Part shown: positions 54,022 to 64,000 of the stretch, piece after piece
Layout of the letters: the number at the start of each line of letters is the position of its first letter
How positions within the stretch are numbered: the stretch's first letter is position 1
Notes under the pieces: model-generated
Databases searched by the model: none
Told to the model about the DNA's origin: nothing
The model's input: only the letters and a program-made list of their open reading frames with translations
Made by a program: the position numbers and the translations under genes
Source: an uncultured Phycisphaerales bacterium
GTDB lineage: Bacteria; Planctomycetota; Phycisphaerae; Tepidisphaerales; Tepidisphaeraceae
Direction: 5' to 3'
DNA: 64,000 bases
NCBI GenBank assembly: GCA_963844715.1
Contig: CAWJPJ010000007.1
Span: 576,001-640,000, forward strand

Positions 54022-56620
54022 ATGCGATTTGAGAAATTTACGATCAAGGCTCAGGAGGCGGTGGTTCGCGCTCAGCAGATTGCCGAGCAGCAGAGCCACG
54101 CTGAGATCACGCCGCTGCATTTGCTGAGCGCTTTGCTCGCTGAATCGGACGGCGTGGTGAAGCCGCTCCTTCAGAAACTGGGGGCCGACCCGGATCGTCT
54201 TTCGCAGTTAACCGAATCAGAACTTCAACGCTTGCCGAAAGCCACCGGCACGCAAACCGGTCCGAGCCGGACGCTGAACGACGTTTTCAATCATGCCCAA
54301 AAAGACGCGGATCGTCTCAAGGATGAATACGTCTCGACCGAACATCTTCTGCTGGCGTTGGCGCAGGTCAAAAGCGATGCAAAGGAGATTCTATCCGTCA
54401 ACGGCGTGGCGCATGATTCGATCCTGGCCGCGCTCAAAGACGTCCGCGGCGGGTCGCGCGTCACGGATCAGAATCCGGAGGAAAAGTATCAAGCCTTGCA
54501 GCGCTACGGGCGCGATCTGATTGAAATGGCCCGGCAGGGGAAGATCGACCCCGTCATCGGTCGCGACGAAGAAATCCGCCGGACCATGCAGGTCCTTTCC
54601 CGGCGTACGAAAAACAACCCGGTGCTGATCGGGGAGCCGGGGGTGGGCAAAACCGCCATCGTCGAAGGCCTGGCGATCCGCATGCTGAACGGCGACGTGC
54701 CGTCGGTGCTTCAGAACAAGCGCATCATCGCCCTGGACATGGGGGCTTTGATCGCCGGGGCGAAATTCCGCGGCGAGTTTGAGGAGCGGCTGAAGGCCGT
54801 CATCAAGGAAGTCACCCAGAGCGACGGGCAAATCATTCTCTTTATCGACGAGTTGCACACAGTCGTCGGCGCGGGACGAGCCGAGGGGTCGATGGACGCG
54901 GGGAATCTGCTTAAGCCCGCGCTGGCGCGGGGCGAGCTTCGCACCATCGGCGCGACGACGCTGGATGAATATCACAAGCACATTGAGAAGGACGCAGCGC
55001 TGGAGCGGCGTTTCCAGCCGATCCTGGTCGGCGAGCCGAGCGTGGAGGACACGATCGCGATCCTGCGCGGCCTCAAACAGCGGTACGAAACGCACCACGG
55101 CGTGCGGATCACGGACAACGCCATCGTTTCGGCGGCCGTGCTTTCGGATCGGTATATCAGCGATAGGTTTCTCCCGGACAAGGCGATCGACCTCATCGAC
55201 GAAGCCGCGAGCCGTCTGCGCATCGAGAACGACTCGATGCCGGCCGAGCTGGACGAAATCCGCCGGCGGATTATGCAGCTACAGATCGAACTGGAGGCCC
55301 TTCGCCGTGAAAAGGATCCCGCCTCTCAGCAGCAGCGCGGCAAGGCGGAGCGCGAGTTTTCGGAATTGCAGGAGAAGAACACGAAGCTGACGGCCCGGTG
55401 GGAGAATGAAGTCGGCGCGATGCGGGCGATCAAGACGATTCAGGAACAGCTCGACAACAAGCAGGTGGAACTTGAGCAGGCGCAGCGGCAAAACAACTGG
55501 GAAGCCGCCGCGCGGATTCAATACGGCGAGATGCGCGATCTGAACCGGAAATTGGAGGAAGCTCAGACGCGCCTGCGCGATCTGTCCAAGTCCGGGCAGG
55601 CGATGGTGAAGGAGGAAGTCACCAGCGAGGAGATTGCCGCCGTGGTGAGCCGCTGGACGGGCGTTCCGGTGAGCCGCATGCTCGAGGGGGAGCGAGAAAA
55701 GCTGCTGCACATGGAGGAGCGGCTGGGCAAGCGCGTGATCGGCCAGGACAAGGCGGTCAAGGCGATCGCCGACGCTGTCCGGCGCAACCGCGCCGGGCTG
55801 GGCGATCCGCATCGGCCGATCGGCTCGTTCCTATTCCTCGGCCCCACAGGCGTCGGAAAAACCGAGCTATCCAAGGCGTTGGCGGAATTTCTCTTTGACG
55901 ACGAAAACGCCATGGTCCGCATCGACATGAGCGAATTCATGGAGCCGCACTCCGTCGCCCGCCTGATCGGCGGCGCCGCCGGGATATGTCGGCTACGAAG
56001 AAGGGGGCCGGCTTACGGAAGCCGTCCGGCGCCGCCCCTATTGCGTCATTCTTTTCGACGAAATCGAAAAAGCCCATCCCGACGTCTTCAATGTGCTGCT
56101 TCAGGTGCTGGACGACGGCCGTCTCACCGACGGGCAGGGGCGCACGGTCAATTTCAAGAACTCGGTCATCGTCATGACGAGCAACATCGGAAGCAGCGAG
56201 ATTCAGAAACTCTCCGACCGCGCGGCCGAGCATTGGGAAGTCGAGGCGGCGGTGCAGTCGCTGCTCAAGGACCATTTCCGCCCGGAATTTCTCAACCGCA
56301 TCGACGAGATCATCCTGTTCCATTCGCTAAGCAAGGAGCAATTGGCCAAGATCGTGGATGTGCAGATCGAGCACCTGCGACAAGCACTGGCGGATCGGAA
56401 TATTCGCATGGAACTCAGCGATGCCGCGAAAAAGCTGCTGGCGGAAGAGGGATATGATCCCACGTATGGAGCCCGGCCTCTGAAGCGGGTGATTCAGCAG
56501 CGGATCGAAAACCCGGTCGCCGGGGAAATTCTTGGCGGTGAATTCGGGGAGGGGGACGTCATTCACATCGACGTTGACTCAGCCAAGCACGATTTCAAGT
56601 TCCGCAAAAGCGCGAGATAA
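54022..56620 (+). CDS. clpB: ATP-dependent chaperone ClpB; indel near 55973
   Basis: GEPGVGKT, middle coiled-coil domain, [15 protein letters not shown] and GARPLKR. Confidence 0.97.
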
Positions 56621-57706
56621 TCTCCTGGGTAGCGTGGGCGATTGCCTCGGCCGCGCGTTGGGGATGGAGATCGTTTACAGACGAAACGCCGGCCAGGTGA
56701 AGGGATTGGAAATCCGCGCCGTCCTCTACCGATCCGACCACCGCATAGCAGGGGATTCGCTCTTTCGCGCACGCTTCCGCCACGCCCGAGACCACTTTCC
56801 CGCCGATACTTTGCCGGTCCAATCGCCCTTCGCCGGTGATGCACAACTGGCTTGCCGCCAGCCGCCCGCTGAACGCCACCGCCTCCATCACGATTTTCGT
56901 GCCGCTTTGCAGCGTGGCCCCGAAAAATGCTGCCATGCCGAATCCAACTCCGCCCGCCGCGCCGCTGCCGGGCAGTTCGGTGATCGCCATTTTGTTATTC
57001 CGTCGCGCCAGTTCGCGCAGGGCCGCGTCGATCTGAGGAATCTGCTCCGGCATCGCGCCCTTTTGCGGGCCAAAAACCGCCGCCGCGCCGCGCTCGCCAA
57101 GGAGGGGATTATTCACATCGCAGGCGACGACGATGCGAACCTTTTCGATGGCGCTGCCGCGTCCGCGTTTGATCAGCACGACTTTATCCAGATCGCGCCC
57201 GGTGAGCGGTTCGGTGGCGGAAAGCGGCTCGCCGTCTTTGAGGAGCACCGGCAGTTCGCATGCCTGGGCGATTCCAATTCCGCCGTCGATCGTCGCGCTC
57301 CCGCCGATTCCAAGGATGATCGTCTGTGCCCCGCGCCGCATGGCGGCCATGAGAAGTTCGCCGGTTCCGAAGGTCGTCGTCGCCAGGGGATTGCGATCCT
57401 CGGGCCTCAGCAGCGCCAGTCCGCTTGCCGCGGCCAATTCCACGACGGCGGTCTTCCCATCCCCCAGAAATCCGAATCGCGCCTCGACTTTCATTTCTGG
57501 AAGCGGGCACGTAACGACCGCCGTTTCAAATCTCCCTCCTGTCGCGGCAACGAGCGCATCAACCGTTCCTTCGCCCCCATCGGCGAGCGGGCATGAATCG
57601 ATTTCGATATTTGCGTCGGCGCGGCGCACGCCATCGGCCATCGCATCGGCCACATTCCGGTGCTCAAGCATCCCTTGAATTTATCCGGGGCCAATAGCAC
57701 GCGCAT
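56595..57706 (-). CDS. Glycerate kinase (GlxK/GarK family); indel near 57662
   Basis: [44 protein letters not shown] and [12 protein letters not shown]. Confidence 0.93.
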
Positions 57707-57737
57707 CGATGTTGATCATACTTCATTCGCAGGCCCG

Positions 57738-57776
57738 TCCCGTCCCCAGCCCTCCCCCGGAGTACGAGGAGAGGGA
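57738..57776. repeat. REP-like palindromic element
   Basis: CCCCAGCCCTCCCCCGGAGTACGAGGAGAGGGA in the htrA / glycerate kinase intergenic gap. Confidence 0.55.
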
Positions 57777-57794
57777 GAAAAAAAGGACGCGCAT

Positions 57795-59117
57795 TTACTG
57801 TCCGAAATCGAGCACTCCGAATCCCAACTGGTCGTCGCGAATGACGCCGATTCGCACCTTCCCGCTATCGGGCAATCTCCCCAGCAGGGCGGCCAGATCG
57901 TCCAGCGTCGAAATTCGAAACCGCCCGAGCTGTACCACTATATCGCCCGGCTGCACGCCCGCCCGGGCCGAGATGCTGTCCTGCGTGACGGCATCGACGA
58001 AGAGGCCGTCCTCTTCCGTCATATGATATTTGTCTGCCAGCCCGGGCGTCATTGGCTCGATGGTCAGCCCCAGCTTTTCCTTCGCCTCCACGATGGCGTC
58101 GGGGAGAGGAGTGGGATGGGGAACAACGGCCTGGGTCTGCCCGTCCGCGAATTTGATGTTGATCGGCTGCCCATTTTTGGCCCGAAGGAGCAGATCGCAA
58201 GCGTCCACGATGTTCCGCGGCGAAACCCCGTCGATCGACCGCACTACTTTCGGCGGGTCGTCCCGGGTCACGACTTCCGTCACGATCTTCGCCGGCGGGA
58301 TTATGCTTGCGCCGTTCCGCCAATTTGATCGGCACGTCCAGTTTCTTCACCTGCGAGGGATTCATCAGCTCCGGAATCAAATCGCGCATCCGATTGACCG
58401 GAATGGCAAACCCGATGTTTTGCGCATCCGATCGAATCGCCGTGTTGATGCCGATGACTTGGCCGTACGCGTTAAGCAAGGGGCCGCCGCTGTTCCCGGG
58501 GTTGATCGCCGCGTCCGTCTGGATCAGATTTTTCAGCGCCTGGGGTTCGTCGTTGTCCTTCAGATCGCGATGGAGTGCTGAAACGATTCCCTGGCTCACG
58601 CTATGGCTGAAGCCGAACGGGTTTCCGATCGCGATGGCCGGCTCGCCGATCATCAGGTCGTCGCTGTCCCCTCACACAAGCGTCGGGAAGGGGTGAGGGT
58701 CGGTGATTTTCAAAATCGCCAGATCGGCGTCGGAATCGGCGCTGATGAGCTGGGCCGGGAGCTTCCGTCCATCGTCCAGTTCCACGGTGATTTCCCTCGC
58801 CCGATCGACGACGTGGTTGTTGGTCACGACGTAACCGTCCTCATGGATGAGAAATCCGCTTCCGAGCGAATTGGCGGGGACTTTCATCTCCTGGCCGATG
58901 TCGAACTGCTGCCAAAATGGATCATCCCCGAACGGATTCATCCGTCGGGTGATCAGCTTGGTGGCCGAGATGTTGACGACCGCCCCCTTGGCCTTTTCGA
59001 CGACCTCCACGACAACCGTGCGCCGCAAATTAATCGACTCCGGCGGATCGGGCGCAGTGTCGGAGCGGACAGGCAAATCAGAAGAAGTGGAAGGAGGAAC
59101 CAGCGAGCCTGAATCAT
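57795..59117 (-). CDS. HtrA/DegP-like serine protease with PDZ domain(s); indels near 59053, 58672 and 58310
   Basis: Signal peptide MIQARWFLLPLLLICL, SLGSGF, VTNNHVV, DLAILKI, AIGNPFG, IQTDAAINPGNSGGPL and a C-terminal PDZ. Confidence 0.92.
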
Positions 59118-59181
59118 TCCAATATTTTAACACCTTGCCGGCTTGGGCATGGCATCAGGGCTATCGGAATGGAACGGAAAG

Positions 59182-61133
59182 TTAGACTTTGACTGAGACG
59201 GAAACGGGCGATTCCCGCCGCGACGGGACCGCATCGCAAATGCTCTGGGCGATGGCCTGGGCGTCCAAACCGACTTCGGCCAGCTGCTGCTTGCGCGTGG
59301 CGTGGGCGATAAGCCGGTCGGGAATGCCAAGGCACGAGATCCGGGCCGTGGGCAGATGATGGGTGACAGCATATTCCAATACCGCTGAGCCAAAACCGTT
59401 CTGGAGGGAGTGGTCTTCCACCGTCAGCACCGGGCGCCCCGATCGGAGCACACGCGCGAGCATCGCCCCATCGACGGGTTTGCAGAATCGGGCGTCGATG
59501 ACTTCCACGCTCAATCGATCTGCCAGATCCTCCGCCGCCTGCATCGCGTTATCCGCCAGGGCACCATAGACGATAACGGTCGCGTCCGTTCCCTCGCGGA
59601 GTACGCGGCTATGGCCAACCTGCCACTCCGCCGTCGCGCTGGCGCGAAGCGAAGGATCGATTCGATCCTCAAAATTCCTGGCCGGGACGTTATCGCGCGG
59701 ATAACGAAGGGCGGAGACCGTATCCAGGCTCAAGGCCAGTCGAAGGGCGCGATTCAATTCCGATTCGTCGCTGGGGGCCATTAAGACCATACCCGGCATC
59801 GGCCGCAAAAATGCCTGATCCATGAATCCATGATGCACCGCGCCGTCATCCCCGACGAACCCAGCGCGATCCATGCAAATGCAAACGGGCAAATGATTTA
59901 GAGCGATTTCCTGCCAGACCTGATCGAAGGCCCGCTGTGTGAAAGTCGAATAGATCGCAGCGAAGGGCGCATTCCCGCTTTGGCCATGCCGGCGGCCATT
60001 GCCGTCAGATGGCTCTCGCATATTCCTGTGTCGAAGTATCGCTTGGGAAACTCTTTTTCGTATTTGCTGAGGCCGGTCCCATCGGGCATCGCGGCGGTAA
60101 GCGCGACGACGCGCGAATCCTTCTTGGCCAGGTCGATCATGGCGTCGGCGTAAGCCGTGGTCCAGCTCTTCCCCGGTCCCTTGGTGATCTCGACGCGGCA
60201 GCCATTCACCTGGAACGCCGCCGGGCTGTGGAATTTTGTCGGTTCATCGCTGGCGATCTGGTAGCCGTTTCCTTTGACCGTTTTGACGTGCAGAATCATC
60301 GGGCCTTGAACGTGCTTGATCTCGCCAAGCATCTCGATCAGACCCGGCAAATCATGCCCATCGAGGGGGCCCATATATTTGATGCCCAGGGTTTCGAATA
60401 TCTGACCCGGCCAAAGGGCGCTCTTAACGCCTTCGGAGACATGCCGCCAGACTTGCTCGACCGTATGACCCACGCCGGTAGGCAAACGCCCGACAACCTT
60501 TTCCGCCAGTCGCTTGGCTTCACCGTACGTCGTGCTGACCCGCACGCGCTCCAAATATTGGCTGAACGCCCCCTGCGGCTGGCTGATGCTCATGCCGTTG
60601 TCATTCAAAATCACCAGAAGCTGCCTGCGAAGGGTCCCCGCGTTGTTCAGGCCTTCAAATGCCAGGCCATTGACGATCGAAGCATCGCCGACGACGGCCA
60701 CGACGTTTGCGTTGGTCTGTCTCAGTTCGGCTCCGCGCGCCATACCGACGGCGGTACTGATTGCCGTCCCGGCGTGGCCCACTGCGAATAGGTCATATGG
60801 AGATTCCAAGGGGCTCGGGAAACCGCCGACGGACCCCTTCTTCCGGAGGGTCGGAAACTGCGCCGCCCGCCCGGTCAGCATCTTGTGTGGGTAGCATTGA
60901 TGTCCCACGTCAAAAAGCAGCCAATCCGGGCCGGCTGGATATGGACCAAAGTCGAAAACGTAGTGCAACGCGATGGTCAATTCGGCCACGCCGAGGTTGC
61001 TGGCGAGGTGCCCGCCGTTTTTGCTGACCGATTCGACGCACCGCTGACGGATTTCGCCCGCCAGAGCGGTCAATTGGGTCATCGAGAGCTTTCGAACGTC
61101 GGACGGAACCTGGATAGAGTCCAGCAAAGCCAT
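59182..61133 (-). CDS. dxs: 1-deoxy-D-xylulose-5-phosphate synthase; indel near 59967
   Basis: GGHLASNLG, FDVGHQCYPHK, GHAGTAIS, GDAS...LNDN, IYSTF.QR, DRAG and RYPR. Confidence 0.96.
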
Positions 61134-61236
61134 ACATCTCCTGCCCTTAATGGCCGGTATTTTGTACCCCCAAGCGGATTTCGAGTCTAGAGGCTTAACC
61201 CACAATCTTATGCAGCGGCTGGAATTAGAGACTACG

Positions 61237-62163
61237 TCATACGTTCCGGTCCACCACAAACCTCGCCAGCGCCGCCAAGCCCGCTCCCGCGGGTCCAAAT
61301 AACTTAATCGACTCCAATGCCGCCAAATATTGAGTTTGAGCTTCTTTGCGGCTCGCTTCAAGGCCTAGGAGCATCGGATAAGTGGTCTTCCCCTTATCCG
61401 CATCCTTTCCGGTTGCCTTGCCGAGTTGTTCGGGGGAGGCCGTCTGATCCAGAATGTCATCCACGATTTGGAACGCGAGCCCCACGTGCCGTCCAAAGGC
61501 GCCCAAGGCTTCGATTTGCTGCCTCGGCGCTCCCGCGGCGATGGCGCCCATGCGGCAGGATGCGGTCAAAAGGGCGCCCGTCTTCATTCGATGGAGATGC
61601 TGAAGATCGGGCAGCGTAGTTGGGCCCTTATTGGGATCAATATCGATAACTTGCCCGCCGATCATGCCCTCGGGTCCGGCCGCCGAGGAGAGCTCGCGGA
61701 TCAATTCCACTGCCGACGACCCATCCGCATCGATCGCCAGGATCTCGAACGCCATCGTGGTCATCGCATCCCCGGCCAGGATGGCGACGGCTTCTCCATA
61801 CACCTTGTGATTCGTCGGCCGGCCGCGGCGAAGGTCGTCATCGTCCATGGCCGGCAAGTCGTCGTGCACCAGGCTGAATGTATGGATCAATTCCATCGCG
61901 GCTGCCGCGGCGACCACCGATTTCCATTCGACAGAACCCTCCGCAGCCCCGCAGGCTTTTGCGCTTTCGATGACCAGCGTCGGCCGGAATCGCTTCCCGC
62001 CGGCCATCAGGCTGTATTGAATTGCTTCGATCAGTTTTGGCGGGGCTTTCGGATAACGCTGTGGCAGGCGCTCAAAATATTCGATGACATGTCCGGCGCT
62101 GCCGTGGAGCAGTTCATGAACATCAACGGTGGCCGGTGGGGCCGACAATCCGGATCGATTCAC
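61237..62163 (-). CDS. ispA: Geranyl/farnesyl diphosphate synthase; start uncertain
   Basis: GGKRFRP, SLVHDDLPAMDDDDLRRG, FQIVDDILD and GKTTYP; xseB-ispA-dxs synteny. Confidence 0.93.
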   Translation of the reverse strand: MNRSGLSAPPATVDVHELLHGSAGHVIEYFERLPQRYPKAPPKLIEAIQYSLMAGGKRFRPTLVIESAKACGAAEGSVEWKSVVAAAAAMELIHTFSLVHDDLPAMDDDDLRRGRPTNHKVYGEAVAILAGDAMTTMAFEILAIDADGSSAVELIRELSSAAGPEGMIGGQVIDIDPNKGPTTLPDLQHLHRMKTGALLTASCRMGAIAAGAPRQQIEALGAFGRHVGLAFQIVDDILDQTASPEQLGKATGKDADKGKTTYPMLLGLEASRKEAQTQYLAALESIKLFGPAGAGLAALARFVVDRNV

Positions 62164-62236
62164 GTCTGCCTCTATCCCTGCTGCTCGGTTGGTGTGCCGC
62201 TCCCGGGCAATAACAATAAGCAAAATTCGCGTTCAC

Positions 62237-62485
62237 TCAAGACGATGCATCTTCCAAAGGCTGCGATTGCATCGAGCCATCGGATCCCTTCGATAGCAGT
62301 TCAATCTGCTTCTCCGCGGCTCCAAGCACCCCCCGGCAATGGGCGATCAAAAACGTGCCGCGTTCATATCGAGCCAGGCTCTCCTCCAGGCCGATTTGCC
62401 CAGCCTCGATCTCGGCAAGAATCCGCTCCAGCTCGGTCATGGCGTCTTCAAAGCTTTTGGGGGCGGCTTGCTGCTTCTTGGCCAT
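62237..62485 (-). CDS. xseB: Exodeoxyribonuclease VII small subunit
   Basis: SFEDAMTELERI...LEESLARYERG. Confidence 0.93.
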   Translation of the reverse strand: MAKKQQAAPKSFEDAMTELERILAEIEAGQIGLEESLARYERGTFLIAHCRGVLGAAEKQIELLSKGSDGSMQSQPLEDASS

Positions 62486-62633
62486 GGGGGCCGATTATAC
62501 GCCCCGGCGGGGCCCCGATCCAAACCCCCACTTTTTCGCCCAAATCCACTTGTTCTGGGACCTTACGGCGGGATAATTCAACCGGAATATTCTGCCCTGT
62601 CGAACGTTATGAAAATGAAGACCGGAGCTGTGA

Positions 62634-63212
62634 ATGGATACGGAGTTGTCTCCTGAGATCACAACCCCGGTCCGGCGCAGCGACGAAGAGTTGATTCGCC
62701 GCCTGCGCCTCGGTGACGGCGCTGCCGGCGATGAGTTGGTTATGCGGCATGGGCCGGCGCTGCTGAGATATCTCCGGCGGTTGGTCAGAAACGACCATCT
62801 TGCCGAAGAGTTGCATCAGCAGTCTTGGACCAGCATCGTTGAGCATCTGGACCGCTTCGACGTTTCATCCGGCGGCGGCGGTTTCAAGGCATGGCTCTAT
62901 CGCATCGCCACGAATAAGGCGAACGATCATTGGCGGTCGCAGGGACGCGAGAGGGGGGCCAAGGAAGGGTTGAAATTGATCGGCGAAGAGGCCATGCCGG
63001 ACGCCAGCCATCGCGCCGACGCCGTCGAGCAGCATGAAAAGCTCCGCAAGGCGATCGATTCCTTGCCGGAGCATCAGAGACAGGTTCTTATGTTGCGGTA
63101 TTACGGAAATCTCAAGTTCATTGAGATCGCGCAGATGCTTGGGTGCCCGCTCAATACCGCTCTGGGGAGAATGCACAAGGCGATGCTCCGCCTGAAGCAG
63201 GTGATGTCATGA
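62634..63212 (+). CDS. ECF RNA polymerase sigma factor
   Basis: SDEELI, LAEELHQQSW, FKAWLYRIATN and LPEHQRQVLMLRYY...IAQMLGCPLNT. Confidence 0.92.
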   Translation: MDTELSPEITTPVRRSDEELIRRLRLGDGAAGDELVMRHGPALLRYLRRLVRNDHLAEELHQQSWTSIVEHLDRFDVSSGGGGFKAWLYRIATNKANDHWRSQGRERGAKEGLKLIGEEAMPDASHRADAVEQHEKLRKAIDSLPEHQRQVLMLRYYGNLKFIEIAQMLGCPLNTALGRMHKAMLRLKQVMS

Positions 63213-63826
63213 AAAGCATCCTCAACGAGCTTCCCGACGATGAGTCGATTCTGCTGTTGTATCTGGCGAATGAATTGCCGTCGGGAGATCGTCAGAAAGT
63301 TGAGCAGCGTCTTGCCGCCGACGGCGAGCTGCGCGCCAAGCTTCAGGAACTGAGCCAACTTCGCGATTTTTGCCAGAATTCGATCCGTTCGCTCGACGAG
63401 CACGAATCCGGCGAACACATGGAATCCGCGGCGATGCGCCGCGCCGGTCGTATGCTCCAGCAATGGGCTCTGCGCCGGCGCCGTCCCGCCGAGGCGGCGC
63501 CGCAGATCGCCCGATCCATCCCCTGGCTGCGGTATGGTCTGTCCGCCGCGGCGATGATGGGCCTGGTTTATCTCGTCTGGTGGAGCAATCATCCGGTGGC
63601 GCCGATCACCGATCAGATCGTTGATTCCGTCAATACCGGCGATCAAGCTCCGCCTGCCGATGCCGCCGACACGCTCTCGCCTGAAGTCAAACTTTCCATG
63701 CTGCTCAATACGATGGATGCCAGCGCGGCGGATGACGTGCCGGATCGTCAGGTCGTCGCCCTCGGCGTGAAATCCGACGACATTAATTTCTCCGTTGATC
63801 TTCCACCTGCAGGCAATTCCCAATGA
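63209..63826 (+). CDS. Putative transmembrane anti-sigma factor
   Basis: ATGA overlap with the sigma gene; LLLYLANEL..DRQKVEQRL N-terminus; single TM segment. Confidence 0.75.
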   Translation: MKSILNELPDDESILLLYLANELPSGDRQKVEQRLAADGELRAKLQELSQLRDFCQNSIRSLDEHESGEHMESAAMRRAGRMLQQWALRRRRPAEAAPQIARSIPWLRYGLSAAAMMGLVYLVWWSNHPVAPITDQIVDSVNTGDQAPPADAADTLSPEVKLSMLLNTMDASAADDVPDRQVVALGVKSDDINFSVDLPPAGNSQ

Positions 63827-63837
63827 CGGGTGATGCC

Positions 63838-64000
63838 ATGAAATTATCCAAACTAATACCCTTGGCTATTCTCCTTTGCCCGATTCTTGCCGTGGCGGAA
63901 GCGCCGTCGAGCGGCCCGTCGCCGATGTACCAACCCTCGGATTTCAGCCCGCAATTCCGCGCTCGCGTGATGGGGACCGGACGCTACTACTCCTCCGGCG
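63838..64000 (+). CDS. Exported protein, 5' part only (third gene of the ECF operon)
   Basis: Signal peptide MKLSKLIPLAILLCPILAVA; open to the window end. Confidence 0.6.
   Translation, partial: MKLSKLIPLAILLCPILAVAEAPSSGPSPMYQPSDFSPQFRARVMGTGRYYSSG

Overview
GC-rich bacterial chromosomal window, most likely Planctomycetota, class Phycisphaerae (Tepidisphaerales-like). This placement is inferred from the lpxC-fabZ fusion, PEP-CTERM proteins, a membrane-anchored ECF sigma factor, an exported HEAT-repeat protein and recurrent ATxP linkers. Most genes are housekeeping or envelope genes (lpxA, lpxC/fabZ, acpS, hflX, accD, atpD, trpG, proC, tatA, rluA-family, miaA, hsp20, queG, clpB, htrA, dxs, ispA, xseB). 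About 26 genes or gene segments are broken by small indels, including essential ones, so I treat these as long-read assembly errors; most lie at or next to GCGC, which suggests a host GCGC methylation motif. The main highlight is a clear cobalamin riboswitch controlling a single ORF built as signal peptide - domain 1 - PEP-CTERM - second signal peptide - domain 2 - PEP-CTERM. This looks like a B12-regulated, exosortase-processed surface polyprotein and a candidate B12-capture system. Other highlights: four SPINDLY/OGT-like (GT41) TPR glycosyltransferases next to a second PEP-CTERM gene and glycan-tailoring genes; TAnnnT boxes 6-9 nt before many start codons (leaderless-type transcription); sigma54-like motifs before hsp20 and clpB; and a small toxin-antitoxin/macrodomain island. 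I recognised no CRISPR array, rRNA, tRNA or transposase. All calls come from reading the sequence; no database searches were run.
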